Shown here: positions 1-10,392 of the stretch, piece after piece
Numbering within the stretch: position 1 is the first letter of the stretch
Layout of the letters: the number at the start of each line of letters is the position of its first letter
Source of the DNA: Gilliamella sp. CRA003912
Lineage (GTDB): Bacteria; Pseudomonadota; Gammaproteobacteria; Enterobacterales; Orbaceae
DNA: 64,000 nt
Assembly: GCA_031960925.1 (NCBI GenBank)
Contig: JAVSBY010000013.1
Coordinates: 56,646 to 120,645, forward strand
Reading direction: 5' to 3'
The notes under the pieces: generated by a model
Told to the model about the DNA's origin: nothing
The model's database searches: none
The model's input: the letters and a program-made list of their open reading frames with translations, nothing else
Translations under genes and position numbers: made by a program

Positions 1-699
1 CAAGTTCTTGATCAAGCCGAGCTGTTAGAGCAGCACTATTCGAAAAAAGAGCCCTCTAAACAGCTTTGTAGTATCTCAACTCAGCACTATGCTTTTGCTG
101 TGAATGCATTTGTTAATCTCATCAAAAAAAATCATACCGATGAATACGAGTTTACGTTACGTGAAACAAAAACCTATGACATCATCACCGATGTCGCCAA
201 TTTACGTAGCGAAGTGGGCGTGTTATATCTCAATGATTTTAATAAAAAAGTGATTTTACGTTTTTTAAAAGATCACCAATTAACCTTTCATTCATTATTT
301 GAAGCAGATCCTCATGTTTTTATTAGTTCTCATCATCCTTTGGCAAACTCAACGTCTTTGACTCTTGATGATTTAGCGAATTACCCTTATCTCTCTTTTG
401 AACAAGGTGAATACAATTCATTTTATTTTTCGGAAGAAATATTAAGTACGGTATATCATAAAAAAAGTATTCACGTCAGTGATCGCGCTACCCTTTTTAA
501 TTTATTGCATGGACTTAATGGCTACACCATTAGTACGGGTATTTTGAGTACCGATCTAAATGGTTCAGATATTTTATCCATTCCCCTTGATGTCAATGAA
601 AAAATAGAGATTGGCTGGATAACTTCACAGAAAGTTCAGCTTAGTCTTTCAGCACAAGATTACATAGAAGAACTTAAAAAATTAATTCAGTATGAATAG
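1..699 (+). CDS. LysR-family transcriptional regulator, 5'-truncated by the window edge; resembles the streptococcal MtaR/MetR-like subfamily
   Basis: Frame is open from base 1 (QVLDQAELLEQHY...STQHYAFAVNAFV) to TAG at 699. It encodes a LysR substrate-binding domain with SFYFSEE and DRATLFNLL motifs; the HTH lies upstream of the window. Confidence 0.8.
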   Translation, partial: QVLDQAELLEQHYSKKEPSKQLCSISTQHYAFAVNAFVNLIKKNHTDEYEFTLRETKTYDIITDVANLRSEVGVLYLNDFNKKVILRFLKDHQLTFHSLFEADPHVFISSHHPLANSTSLTLDDLANYPYLSFEQGEYNSFYFSEEILSTVYHKKSIHVSDRATLFNLLHGLNGYTISTGILSTDLNGSDILSIPLDVNEKIEIGWITSQKVQLSLSAQDYIEELKKLIQYE

Positions 700-743
700 G
701 GTTTTTGTGTAAAGTAAATTAATGGGATTTATCATGAATCAAA

Positions 744-771
744 TTGCTATTTAATTTAATTGAAGTATAAT
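744..771 (+). promoter_or_regulatory. Putative sigma70 promoter of rpsO
   Basis: TTGCTA (744-749), 16-bp spacer, TATAAT (766-771), directly upstream of the S15 leader. Confidence 0.65.
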
Positions 772-802
772 TGCCAGCGCTCATCGAATAAAGAGGGGCA
801 CC

Positions 803-877
803 GAGGATTGACTGAATTAGAGATTGGTCTTTCCAGTTCAATTTTTTTAATATTAAAGAGGTTATTTATGTCTCTAA
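803..877 (+). ncRNA. Ribosomal protein S15 autoregulatory leader (gammaproteobacterial pseudoknot type)
   Basis: GACTGAATTAGAGATTGGTC matches the E. coli-type leader core. Loop TTAGAGA (817-823) is complementary to TCTCTAA (871-877) just after the ATG. Confidence 0.85.
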
Positions 878-1137
878 CTGTAAATGATAAAGCGAAAATT
901 GTTGCTGAATATGGTCGTGGTACCAATGACACCGGTTCAACAGAAGTTCAAGTTGCACTTTTAACTGCACGCATTAATGACTTACAAGGTCATTTCTCTG
1001 AGCACAAAAAAGATCACCACAGCCGTCGTGGTTTATTACGTATGGTTTCTAGCCGTCGTAAGTTACTTGACTATCTGCGTCGTTCAGACATTGAACGTTA
1101 CAACCAATTGATTCAAAAACTCGGTTTACGTCGATAA
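868..1137 (+). CDS. rpsO: 30S ribosomal protein S15
   Basis: [16 protein letters not shown]...[13 protein letters not shown]...[12 protein letters not shown]; 89 aa from ATG 868 with GAGG RBS. Confidence 0.99.
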   Translation: MSLTVNDKAKIVAEYGRGTNDTGSTEVQVALLTARINDLQGHFSEHKKDHHSRRGLLRMVSSRRKLLDYLRRSDIERYNQLIQKLGLRR

Positions 1138-1152
1138 TCATTAAGATATCAG

Positions 1153-1175
1153 AAAGAGGCCTCGGCCTCTTTTTT
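1153..1175 (+). terminator. Intrinsic terminator after rpsO
   Basis: AAAGAGGCC-TC-GGCCTCTTT followed by a T-run. Confidence 0.85.
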
Positions 1176-1211
1176 GTTGTGAAAGATTAGTATTTTGGTA
1201 TAATTGCGAGC

Positions 1212-1428
1212 ATAAAAAAGATTACATCTCATGTTTCGCGCGACTAATGAGAACTCTATACAGTATTGTATAATTGAATAGTTATTTACATGTTTTTTCA
1301 TGGTTTTATTTAACTTAAAAACAAGTAAGTGATGTGTGTTAAACCGATATTTACTTGGGTTTTAATGCCTTACTTTGTATAAATATAGATTTGTCATTAG
1401 TCGTGATAGTGAAATGAGCTTTTTTTAT
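1212..1428 (+). promoter_or_regulatory. pnp 5' leader RNase III stem (autoregulatory), with enlarged apical region
   Basis: CGACTAATGA (1241-1250) pairs with TCATTAGTCG (1394-1403), the arms seen in the enterobacterial pnp leader. TATAAT -10 at 1199-1204. Confidence 0.75.
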
Positions 1429-1519
1429 TATGTTAGTAATATTGCTATTGATATAGATATATCCAAAATCTATTTTAGCTATTAACTCCGAAAGTATTTT
1501 ATAAAAAGAGGACACTATT

Positions 1520-3634
1520 TTGTTTAATCCGACTTATCAAAAATTCCAATATGGTCGTCATACCGTTACATTAGAAACAGGTATTATGGCTCGTCAAGCA
1601 TCAGCTGCTGTCATGGTCAACATGGACGACACGGCTGTCTTTGTTACCGTTGTTGCCAATAAAAAAGTACAAGATGGACAAGACTTCTTTCCTTTAACGG
1701 TTAATTATCAAGAAAGAACCTATGCTGCAGGTCGTATCCCGGGTGGATTTTTTAAACGTGAAGGTCGTCCAAGCGAAGGTGAAACACTTATCGCACGTTT
1801 AATCGATCGTCCATTACGTCCTTTATTTCCAGAAGGTTTTGTTAACGAAATTCAAATCATTGCAACTGTGGTTTCTGTAAACCCAGATGTTAGCCCTGAT
1901 CTTGTTGCTATGATGGGCGCATCCGCTGCCCTTTGTTTATCAGGCGTTCCGTTCCATGGCCCAATCGGTGCTGCACGCGTTGGTTTCATCAATGATGAAT
2001 TTGTCTTAAATCCATCAGTCAAAGAACTTGCAAATAGCCGTTTAGATTTAGTTGTTGCAGGTACTCAAAGCGCAGTATTAATGGTTGAGTCAGAAGCTGA
2101 TTTGCTCACTGAAGATCAAATGTTAGCGGCTGTTGTTTTCGGTCATGAACAACAACAAGTTGTCATTGATAATATCAATGAATTTGTTGCTAAATCAAAT
2201 TGTCAAAAATGGGATTGGACTGCGCCCGTTAAAAATGAAACGCTTTACAATGCGGTTGCAGAACTTGCTAAAGATCGTCTTGGTCAAGCTTACCGTATCA
2301 CCGAGAAACAGGCGCGTTATGCTGAAATTGATGTAATCAAAGAAGATGTTCTTGCTGCATTAAAAGCACAAAATGAAGCGCTCGATGATAAAGAAGTCAT
2401 CAATATTATCGTTGATTTAGAGAGCCAAATTGTACGTAAACGCGTTATCGCAGGTGAACCACGTATCGATGGCCGTGAAAAAGACATGGTGCGTGCACTT
2501 GATATTCGTACGAATGTTTTACCAAGAACCCACGGTAGCGCTTTGTTCACACGTGGTGAAACACAAGCGTTAGTGTCAGCGACATTAGGGACTGAACGTG
2601 ATGCGCAAATTATTGATGAAATTACAGGTGAACACACCGAACGTTTCTTATTACATTATAATTTCCCTCCATACTCAGTGGGTGAGACAGGGATGGTTGG
2701 TTCACCAAAACGTCGCGAAATTGGTCATGGCCGTTTAGCAAAACGTGGCGTAGCCGCTGTTATGCCGGATATTAGTGAGTTCCCATACACCATTCGTGTT
2801 GTGTCAGAAATTACTGAATCTAATGGTTCATCATCGATGGCTTCTGTATGTGGTGCATCGCTTGCACTGATGGATGCGGGTGTGCCGATTAAATCATCTG
2901 TTGCAGGTATTGCAATGGGTCTTGTCAAAGAAGGTGATGATTTCGTTGTATTGTCTGATATTTTAGGTGATGAAGATCATCTTGGTGATATGGACTTTAA
3001 AGTTGCCGGAACACGTGAAGGTGTGAGTGCACTTCAGATGGATATCAAAATTGAAGGTATCACGAAAGAAATCATGCAAGTTGCTTTAAATCAAGCAAAA
3101 GGTGCACGTTTACACATCCTATCGGTAATGGAACAAGCCATTAATCAACCACGCCAAGAAATTTCTGAATTTGCACCACGTATTTATACGATGAATGTTA
3201 ATCCTGATAAAATCCGTGATATCATCGGAAAAGGCGGGGCAACAATTCGTGCATTAACTGAAGAGACTGGAACCACAATTGAAATTTCCGATGACGGTAC
3301 CGTTAAAATTGCTGCTTCTGATGGTGATAAAGCGCAAAATGCAATTGACAGAATTAATAACTTAACCGCAGATGTAGAAATCGGTAAAATTTATTTAGGT
3401 AAAGTGGTTAGAATTGTCGATTTTGGTGCGTTTGTTTCAATTATTGGCGGAAAAGAAGGATTAGTTCATGTCTCTCAAATTGCGGATCATCGCGTTGAGA
3501 AAGTGGCAGATTACCTAAAAATGGGTCAAGAAGTGAATGTTAAAGTGCTTGAGATTGACCGCCAAGGACGTATTCGCTTGAGCATGAAAGATGCAGTAGG
3601 ATCAGCAGTAGAAGCCACTCCTACATCAGAATAA
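1520..3634 (+). CDS. pnp: Polyribonucleotide nucleotidyltransferase (PNPase)
   Basis: Two RNase PH domains ([31 protein letters not shown]), then KH and S1 domains; TTG start with AGAGGA RBS. Confidence 0.99.
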   Translation: MFNPTYQKFQYGRHTVTLETGIMARQASAAVMVNMDDTAVFVTVVANKKVQDGQDFFPLTVNYQERTYAAGRIPGGFFKREGRPSEGETLIARLIDRPLRPLFPEGFVNEIQIIATVVSVNPDVSPDLVAMMGASAALCLSGVPFHGPIGAARVGFINDEFVLNPSVKELANSRLDLVVAGTQSAVLMVESEADLLTEDQMLAAVVFGHEQQQVVIDNINEFVAKSNCQKWDWTAPVKNETLYNAVAELAKDRLGQAYRITEKQARYAEIDVIKEDVLAALKAQNEALDDKEVINIIVDLESQIVRKRVIAGEPRIDGREKDMVRALDIRTNVLPRTHGSALFTRGETQALVSATLGTERDAQIIDEITGEHTERFLLHYNFPPYSVGETGMVGSPKRREIGHGRLAKRGVAAVMPDISEFPYTIRVVSEITESNGSSSMASVCGASLALMDAGVPIKSSVAGIAMGLVKEGDDFVVLSDILGDEDHLGDMDFKVAGTREGVSALQMDIKIEGITKEIMQVALNQAKGARLHILSVMEQAINQPRQEISEFAPRIYTMNVNPDKIRDIIGKGGATIRALTEETGTTIEISDDGTVKIAASDGDKAQNAIDRINNLTADVEIGKIYLGKVVRIVDFGAFVSIIGGKEGLVHVSQIADHRVEKVADYLKMGQEVNVKVLEIDRQGRIRLSMKDAVGSAVEATPTSE

Positions 3635-3661
3635 ATTTTCATTCAGTAGTAGGAGATAGAT

Positions 3662-4513
3662 ATGGGACTATTCAACCTGAGAATTACCGGCTTTCTTTTT
3701 GCAGTGATTCTTCTATCGGGTTGTTCTAGTTCTCTGCCGATTCTCGCTGTGCCTGAGCAAGTTTCATATGATGATGAATTGAAAATTGCTCAGCTTAGTC
3801 AGCAGCTTTCTCGCAGAGATATTGATGATGTGACTCGAATGCAGCTCTATTTTCAGCGTGGAATCGTCTATGATTCTTTAGGCTTTAAAGCATTTGCGCA
3901 AAGTGATTTTGCGCATTTACTTAGTTTTAACGCCGAAATTCCTGATGTTTATAATTTTTTAGGAACATACTCACTTAGAGATGGGGATTTCGATGGGGCT
4001 TTTCTTGCGTTAAATACAACGTTAGAACTTGACCGAAATTATGCCTTTGCTTACTTAAATCGCGCGATTGCGTTATACCGTACAGGGCATTATCTATCAG
4101 CGGAACAAGATGCATTCAAATTCTATCAATATGATGTGAATGAGCCAATCAGGATTTTATGGCTCTATTTAATTGAGAAAGAGACTGACAGTAAAAAAGC
4201 ATTAACAATGCTACAAAAACGTTATGATCAAATCAATGATAAAACGGTTTCGGGTAGCGATATTATCTCGTTTTATTTAGGTCACATGAGTGAATCTAAA
4301 TTAATCGAAAATGTTCAGAAAGGCGCAGAAAATAATCGGGAATTAGCCGAGCGACTTTGTGAAACTTACTTTTATTTAGGTAAATACTACCAAAATAAAG
4401 GTGACAACGAGCGTGCCAAAATGTTATTTAAATATGCGTTAGCAAATAATATTTATAACTTTGTTGAACATCAACAGGCACTCTATGAAATCAAGTTACT
4501 TGATGAACAGTAA
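3662..4513 (+). CDS. nlpI: TPR lipoprotein NlpI
   Basis: Lipobox LSGC; TPR motifs (RGIVYDSLG, AERLCETYFYLGK, NFVEH); conserved position between pnp and deaD. Confidence 0.95.
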   Translation: MGLFNLRITGFLFAVILLSGCSSSLPILAVPEQVSYDDELKIAQLSQQLSRRDIDDVTRMQLYFQRGIVYDSLGFKAFAQSDFAHLLSFNAEIPDVYNFLGTYSLRDGDFDGAFLALNTTLELDRNYAFAYLNRAIALYRTGHYLSAEQDAFKFYQYDVNEPIRILWLYLIEKETDSKKALTMLQKRYDQINDKTVSGSDIISFYLGHMSESKLIENVQKGAENNRELAERLCETYFYLGKYYQNKGDNERAKMLFKYALANNIYNFVEHQQALYEIKLLDEQ

Positions 4514-4738
4514 CAGGGGTCATGCCAGTTTTAAAAGTGAAAATATTGTTATAGCGTAGTTCTGATTAGCCAGATAGTCATTTATTGGCAGTTAGTTATT
4601 GGGGTGAGTTGTAAATTTTCAATTTAGTAAGCTGGCATTATATTCATATATATTGCGCCATACATTAGTTATCCATTTTACGGGATAACAGGTGCCGAGT
4701 CGTGATATATATTATCTAAAATTTATAAGCGAGTTTAC

Positions 4739-6508
4739 ATGACAACAGATGTTTCTTTTATTGACCTTGGTTTATCCAAGGAAATTCTTAGTGCCTTAAA
4801 TGATCTTGGTTTTGCTAAACCATCACCAATACAATCCGAATGTATTCCTCTTTTATTAGAAGGGAACGATGTGTTGGGTATGGCGCAAACAGGTAGCGGT
4901 AAAACCGCGGCATTTTCTATTCCTTTTTTAATGAATATTGATGCAAGCCTTAAAGCACCTCAACTTCTTGTACTTGCGCCGACAAGAGAATTGGCGATTC
5001 AAGTGGCGGATGCCTGTTCTGAATATGCAAAGTATATGAAAGGTGTGAATATTGTCGCCCTTTATGGCGGACAACGATATGATGTGCAACTGCGTGCATT
5101 AAAACAAGGTCCTCAAATTGTCGTTGGAACCCCAGGTCGTTTACTTGACCATTTAAATCGTAAAACATTAGATCTTTCTAATCTAAAAGGTTTAGTGCTT
5201 GATGAAGCCGATGAAATGTTAAGAATGGGCTTTATTGATGACGTTGAAAGTATTATGGCGGCAATTCCTGAAAATCATCAAACGGCGCTGTTCTCAGCAA
5301 CCATGCCAGCACCTATTCGCCGTATTACGAAACGGTTTATGAATAACCCGAAAGAAGTGCAAATCAAAGGAACTAACCAAACGGCTCCAGATATCGATCA
5401 AAGTTATTGGCTTGTACGTGGAATACGTAAAAATGAAGCGATCATTCGCTTTTTAGAAGCTGAAGATTTTGATGCGGCAATTATTTTTGTGCGCACGAAA
5501 ACTGCAACATTAGATGTGGCTGAAGTATTAGAAAAACACGGCTATAATTGCGCAGCACTTAATGGTGATATGACCCAACAATTACGTGAGCAGACATTAG
5601 ATCGTTTACGTAACGGACGCCTTGATATTTTAATTGCAACAGACGTTGCTGCTCGTGGTTTAGATGTAGAGCGAATCAGTCTTGTTATCAATTATGATAT
5701 CACTTTAGATTCTGAATCTTATGTACACCGTATTGGCCGAACTGGACGTGCTGGACGTGCTGGGCGAGCGATACTTTTTGTTGATAGCCGTGAACGTCGG
5801 TTACTAAAAAACATTGAACAAACGATTAAAAAAGCGATTCCTGAAGTTGGTTTACCATCAAAAGAGTTACTTGAAAGTCGCCGACTAACTAAGTTTACAG
5901 AGCAAGTTCAAAAACAACTTGAAAGTCATGATTTGGCTCAATATCAAACATTATTAGCCCAAATTCAAGAAGGCAGTGGCGCTGATCTAGAAACTATTGC
6001 GACTGCATTATTAAAACTGGCACAAGGTGAACGATCGTTAATTCTACCACCTGATCCCGTATTTAAACCCGCGCGGGAAATGCGAGATCGAAATGAACGT
6101 AGCTCTGAACGCCGATTAAAAGGTGACAGTCGTGAAATGCCAAAACGCCGTGAACGCCGTGATGTTGGTGATATGGATATGTATCGCATTGAAATCGGTA
6201 AAGAGAACGGTGTTGATGTTCGTCATATTGTTGGTGCAATCGCAAACGAAGGTGATATCAGCAGCCGATATATTGGTAATATTAAACTTTATGAGACTTA
6301 CTCAACAGTTGAATTACCGAAAGACATGCCAAATGACATGCTGAAACATTTCGAAAAAGTGCGCATTTTAAATGTACCTATGCGAATGAGTTTGGTTAAA
6401 GGTGGATTTGAAAGTCGTCAGCGCAGTGGCGATAAGAAATTCAATAAACCAGCCAATTCTGGTGGCGGTTCTAAAAAACGCGGTCGTTCTTCAGCGCCGA
6501 AGTTTTAA
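4739..6508 (+). CDS. deaD: ATP-dependent DEAD-box RNA helicase DeaD/CsdA
   Basis: [21 protein letters not shown] and [10 protein letters not shown] motifs; C-terminal DbpA-type RNA-binding domain (IVGAIANEG). Confidence 0.97.
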   Translation: MTTDVSFIDLGLSKEILSALNDLGFAKPSPIQSECIPLLLEGNDVLGMAQTGSGKTAAFSIPFLMNIDASLKAPQLLVLAPTRELAIQVADACSEYAKYMKGVNIVALYGGQRYDVQLRALKQGPQIVVGTPGRLLDHLNRKTLDLSNLKGLVLDEADEMLRMGFIDDVESIMAAIPENHQTALFSATMPAPIRRITKRFMNNPKEVQIKGTNQTAPDIDQSYWLVRGIRKNEAIIRFLEAEDFDAAIIFVRTKTATLDVAEVLEKHGYNCAALNGDMTQQLREQTLDRLRNGRLDILIATDVAARGLDVERISLVINYDITLDSESYVHRIGRTGRAGRAGRAILFVDSRERRLLKNIEQTIKKAIPEVGLPSKELLESRRLTKFTEQVQKQLESHDLAQYQTLLAQIQEGSGADLETIATALLKLAQGERSLILPPDPVFKPAREMRDRNERSSERRLKGDSREMPKRRERRDVGDMDMYRIEIGKENGVDVRHIVGAIANEGDISSRYIGNIKLYETYSTVELPKDMPNDMLKHFEKVRILNVPMRMSLVKGGFESRQRSGDKKFNKPANSGGGSKKRGRSSAPKF

Positions 6509-6514
6509 TTTATT

Positions 6515-6546
6515 GCCCTTCCGCATCAAATGAGCGGAAGGGCTTT
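6515..6546 (+). terminator. Stem-loop after deaD
   Basis: GCCCTTCCGC (6515-6524) pairs with GCGGAAGGGC (6534-6543); short T tail. Confidence 0.7.
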
Positions 6547-6757
6547 ATCACAACTCTCTCTATATCACACCATTCATTTTCTCTTTTTTTACCTCTTTTG
6601 ATAGCAAATTTAGTGTTATTCCTCCCCCGTTTTTATGTATAAAAAGATAGGTATTATATGTTTTACAGACTCTTTAATTAAGGAATTCTATTATTGCGAT
6701 AACTTAACTCTTTATTACAAATTAATTGATTAAACATCTATTAATTTTGTTACTTTT

Positions 6758-6790
6758 GTGGTAAAAAGTGGGGTAAAGTGGAGTAAATGG
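6758..6790 (+). promoter_or_regulatory. MraZ binding site (10-bp periodic GTGG repeats)
   Basis: GTGG at 6758, 6768 and 6778 plus ATGG at 6787, upstream of mraZ; matches known MraZ operator architecture. Confidence 0.8.
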
Positions 6791-6851
6791 TAAGCTTATC
6801 TAGTTAATTGATTTTTATCTAAAAATAACTTGTGAAAATAACGGTGGGTAG

Positions 6852-7298
6852 ATGTTTAGTGGCGCTATTTCAATAAATATTGATAGTAAAGGGCGAATGG
6901 CTATTCCTACCCGATATCGTGAATCACTGGCTGATGGCATGATTTGTACAATTGGACTGTATTATTCTTGTTTGAGTCTTTATCCGGCAGACCAATGGAA
7001 GGTAATTGAAACGCAACTCGCAACCCTTTCCTCTGTTGTCGATGCTGAGCGTCGAATAAAACGTTTGTTGTTAGGCTATGCAGCAGAATGCTACATGGAT
7101 AACAATGGCAGAATATTGTTACCATCATCGCTAAGAAAATATGCAAAGTTAGAAAAAAATACGATCTTTGTTGGCCAATCAAACAAATTTGAAATTTGGG
7201 ATGAGTCACTTTGGTATCAACAAATTGGCGATGATATTGCTGCTATTCATAATGAAACCAGTCATCTATCAGATAATTTGAAAAATTTGACTATTTAA
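6852..7298 (+). CDS. mraZ: Division/cell wall cluster transcriptional repressor MraZ
   Basis: Two DxxGR motifs (DSKGR, DNNGR); first gene of the dcw cluster. Confidence 0.97.
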   Translation: MFSGAISINIDSKGRMAIPTRYRESLADGMICTIGLYYSCLSLYPADQWKVIETQLATLSSVVDAERRIKRLLLGYAAECYMDNNGRILLPSSLRKYAKLEKNTIFVGQSNKFEIWDESLWYQQIGDDIAAIHNETSHLSDNLKNLTI

Positions 7299-7331
7299 TA
7301 ACGATTGAGACAACAGAGACGAATAATTTTG

Positions 7332-8264
7332 ATGGACTATCAACATAAAACAGTATTACTTAATGAAGCCGTTAATGCTTTAGCAATTAAAGATGATGGG
7401 ATCTATGTTGATGGTACATTTGGTCGAGGTGGCCACTCTCGACTTATCTTAAGCAAATTAGGCTCTAATGGCAGATTGATTTCAATCGATCGCGATGTTC
7501 GCGCGCAGCAAAACGCGATGCAAATAGACGATCCACGATTCACTTTTGTTCATGGTGAATTTTCAAGAGCAAACCATTATATTGAACAGCTTGGTTTATC
7601 AGGGAAAATCGATGGATTTTTACTTGATTTAGGCGTGTCATCGCCGCAGTTAGACGATCCTGAAAGGGGATTTTCGTTTATGCGAGACGGGCCCCTTGAT
7701 ATGCGAATGGATACAACCAAAGGTGTTACTGCTAGTGACTGGTTACGTAATAGCGATGTAGATGATATTGCTTGGGTTTTAAAAACATTTGGTGAAGAAA
7801 AATTTGCTAAACGTATTGCAAGAGCGATTGTTGAGCAAAACAGTATCTCGCCATTAGTTAGAACGTTAGAGCTAGCTAATTTGATTGAAAAAGTTATGCC
7901 GAAAAAAGATAAGCACAAGCATCCAGCAACGCGTAGTTTTCAAGCGATTCGCATTTATATCAATAGCGAGCTTGAAGAAGTTGAACAAGCGTTAAACCAG
8001 AGTTTATCAATGCTTGCAAACCAAGGTCGGCTCGCCATTATTAGTTTTCACTCATTAGAAGATCGCATTGTTAAACAATTTATTAGTAAGCAAAGCAAAG
8101 GTCCACAACTTCCAGCAGGCTTACCCTTGACCGAGGAACAGATTAAACAGTACGGAAGCCCAGTACTCAACCAGTTAGGTAAAATTAAAGCCAGTGAGTC
8201 GGAAATCGCTGATAATCCCAGATCCCGTAGCGCGATATTAAGAGTGGCCGAAAAAATAAAATGA
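7332..8264 (+). CDS. rsmH: 16S rRNA m4C1402 methyltransferase
   Basis: [34 protein letters not shown] and NPRSRSA motifs; start set at ATG 7332. Confidence 0.97.
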   Translation: MDYQHKTVLLNEAVNALAIKDDGIYVDGTFGRGGHSRLILSKLGSNGRLISIDRDVRAQQNAMQIDDPRFTFVHGEFSRANHYIEQLGLSGKIDGFLLDLGVSSPQLDDPERGFSFMRDGPLDMRMDTTKGVTASDWLRNSDVDDIAWVLKTFGEEKFAKRIARAIVEQNSISPLVRTLELANLIEKVMPKKDKHKHPATRSFQAIRIYINSELEEVEQALNQSLSMLANQGRLAIISFHSLEDRIVKQFISKQSKGPQLPAGLPLTEEQIKQYGSPVLNQLGKIKASESEIADNPRSRSAILRVAEKIK

Positions 8265-8638
8265 AAACTGATGATAATTTTGAAACGAGCCGAGGCCCTG
8301 ATTTTGATAATGTGAAAAAACCAAGCAAAAGCTTGCTTGGTCTTATCAGTTGTGATCTGTTACAAAATCAAAAATTATCATTATTGCTGATGATTTTAAT
8401 CATCATTTCAGCAGGCTCAGTACTCGTGACTACGCAGCAAATCAGAAAACAATTATTCGAACGCGAACAATTATTATTAGAACAAGATGTTTTAGAAAGC
8501 GAATGGCGTAATTTGGTGATTGAAGAGAATGTGCTTGCCGACCCTAAACGCGTTGAAGAAAAAGCGAAAACTCAGTTAGGGATGACTTTTGTCACACCGC
8601 AAAATGAAACAGTTATTGTTATAAAGAGTAAAGAATGA
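8261..8638 (+). CDS. ftsL: Cell division protein FtsL
   Basis: Single TM segment plus leucine-zipper coiled coil (EWRNLVIEE); lies between rsmH and ftsI. Confidence 0.93.
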   Translation: MKTDDNFETSRGPDFDNVKKPSKSLLGLISCDLLQNQKLSLLLMILIIISAGSVLVTTQQIRKQLFEREQLLLEQDVLESEWRNLVIEENVLADPKRVEEKAKTQLGMTFVTPQNETVIVIKSKE

Positions 8639-10380
8639 AGTCTCCAAGTGTAAACAAAACCAGTAAACCGACTACAAAAAAACAACTTTTTACACCGATG
8701 CGGTTTAAATTTGTTTATGGATTTATCATTTTTGCCGCATTTTGTTTAATCCTTAAGATGGCTATTTTACAGGTTATTCAACCCGAAAAGTTGATTGCAG
8801 AAGGTGATAAACGGTCAATTAGATATCAAGATATGGATGCGCCAAGAGCAATGATTACTGACCGTAATGGGCGAGCGCTTGCCGTGAGCGTGCCAATGTA
8901 TGATGTTTGGGCAGATCCTAAAATTGTTGTTCAAAAAGGCGGCGTAGATCCAAATGATATTCGTTGGCAAGGTCTTGCTAAAACGTTAAATATTCCAATG
9001 GCAACCCTGGAGCAAAAACTGAGTAATGGCTCTATGCGATTTGTTTACTTGTCAAAACAAGTGACGCCAACGGTTTCTGATTATCTTAAAAAATTGAAAT
9101 TACCGGGCATATCTTTTGCTCGTACATCCAAGCGTTATTATCCTGCGGCTGAAAATGTGGCGCAATTAATTGGGTTAACAGAGATTGATGAAAAAGGTAA
9201 TGAAAGAGGTTCGGAAGGTGTCGAAAAAAGCTTTAATAAATGGCTAACCGGTGAGACAGGACAACGAATCATCAGGCGAGATCGATTTGGACGCGTAATT
9301 GAAGAAATCGAACGAACAGAAAGTGAAACCGCATCAGACTTGGTATTAAGTATCGATGAACGTTTGCAGTCTCTTATGTACCGTGAACTTAATCAGGCGG
9401 TGGAGTTTAACAAAGCCGATAGTGGTACTGCGGTATTAATTGATGTGCATACGGGTGAAATTTTAGCTATGGCGACCAGCCCATCTTATAATCCTAATAA
9501 TCGCTCAACGTTGGATTATAATCTACTTCGAAATCGTGCGGTCACCGACTCATTCGAACCGGGTTCTACAGTAAAACCGTTAGTTGTTATGGCAGCATTA
9601 GAGAAAAAAATTGCTGATTTAAATACGATAATTGATACACGGCCTTTTTACGTTAATCGATATGAAGTTAAAGATGTATCTTATCAAAAATCACTCAACT
9701 TAGCTGGTATCTTAGAGAAATCGAGTAATGTTGGGGTGAGTAAACTTGCGTTACAAATGCAGGCAAGTGAAGTGGTTGAATACTATAGCCGTTTTGGTTT
9801 GGGACAACCAACCGGGCTTGGCCTTGGTGGTGAAGTGAGTGGATCTATTGCTGCCGATAGAACGCGTAAATGGGCGGATATAGAGCGAGCAACTTTTGCA
9901 TTTGGTTATGGGCTTCGTGTTACCCCATTACAGCTTGCGAGGGCCTATGCAACGATCGGTAGTTACGGGATATATCGCCCTGTTTCAATTGTTAAATTAA
10001 GTGAATCAGTCAGTGGGGAACGTGTTGTTCCTGAAAGTGTGGCAAAAACGGTTGTAGAGTTAATGGAAGCCGTGGCAGTTTCAGGCGGTGGAACGAAAGC
10101 ATCGGTTCCTGGCTATAGTGTTGGGGTTAAAACCGGTACGGCCAAAAAATTAGGTACATCGGGTAAATACGTCAATCAATATTTAGCTTACACAGCGGGC
10201 ATCGCGCCAGCAACGGCGCCTAAATATTCGTTAGTGGTAGTTATTGATAACCCTAAAGCAGGGCAATATTATGGTGGCTCTGTTTCTGCGCCAGTATTTA
10301 GCCGAATTATGGGCGGAATATTACGAACAATGAACGTACAACCTGATCGCCAAGTTGACGGTCAAATGGTTATTTATTAA
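8635..10380 (+). CDS. ftsI: Peptidoglycan D,D-transpeptidase FtsI (PBP3)
   Basis: N-terminal TM; STVK (SxxK), SSN (SxN) and KTGT motifs. Confidence 0.97.
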   Translation: MKSPSVNKTSKPTTKKQLFTPMRFKFVYGFIIFAAFCLILKMAILQVIQPEKLIAEGDKRSIRYQDMDAPRAMITDRNGRALAVSVPMYDVWADPKIVVQKGGVDPNDIRWQGLAKTLNIPMATLEQKLSNGSMRFVYLSKQVTPTVSDYLKKLKLPGISFARTSKRYYPAAENVAQLIGLTEIDEKGNERGSEGVEKSFNKWLTGETGQRIIRRDRFGRVIEEIERTESETASDLVLSIDERLQSLMYRELNQAVEFNKADSGTAVLIDVHTGEILAMATSPSYNPNNRSTLDYNLLRNRAVTDSFEPGSTVKPLVVMAALEKKIADLNTIIDTRPFYVNRYEVKDVSYQKSLNLAGILEKSSNVGVSKLALQMQASEVVEYYSRFGLGQPTGLGLGGEVSGSIAADRTRKWADIERATFAFGYGLRVTPLQLARAYATIGSYGIYRPVSIVKLSESVSGERVVPESVAKTVVELMEAVAVSGGGTKASVPGYSVGVKTGTAKKLGTSGKYVNQYLAYTAGIAPATAPKYSLVVVIDNPKAGQYYGGSVSAPVFSRIMGGILRTMNVQPDRQVDGQMVIY

Positions 10381-10392
10381 TAGGTGGTTATG

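Noticed and set aside
760..867. N-terminal extension of S15 in the ORF track (125 aa)
   Set aside because: The extension covers the promoter and S15 leader; the real start is ATG 868.
6755..6790. Periodic repeats as a mini-CRISPR or iteron array
   Set aside because: Units are only 10 bp with no spacers and no cas or rep genes; explained as MraZ boxes.
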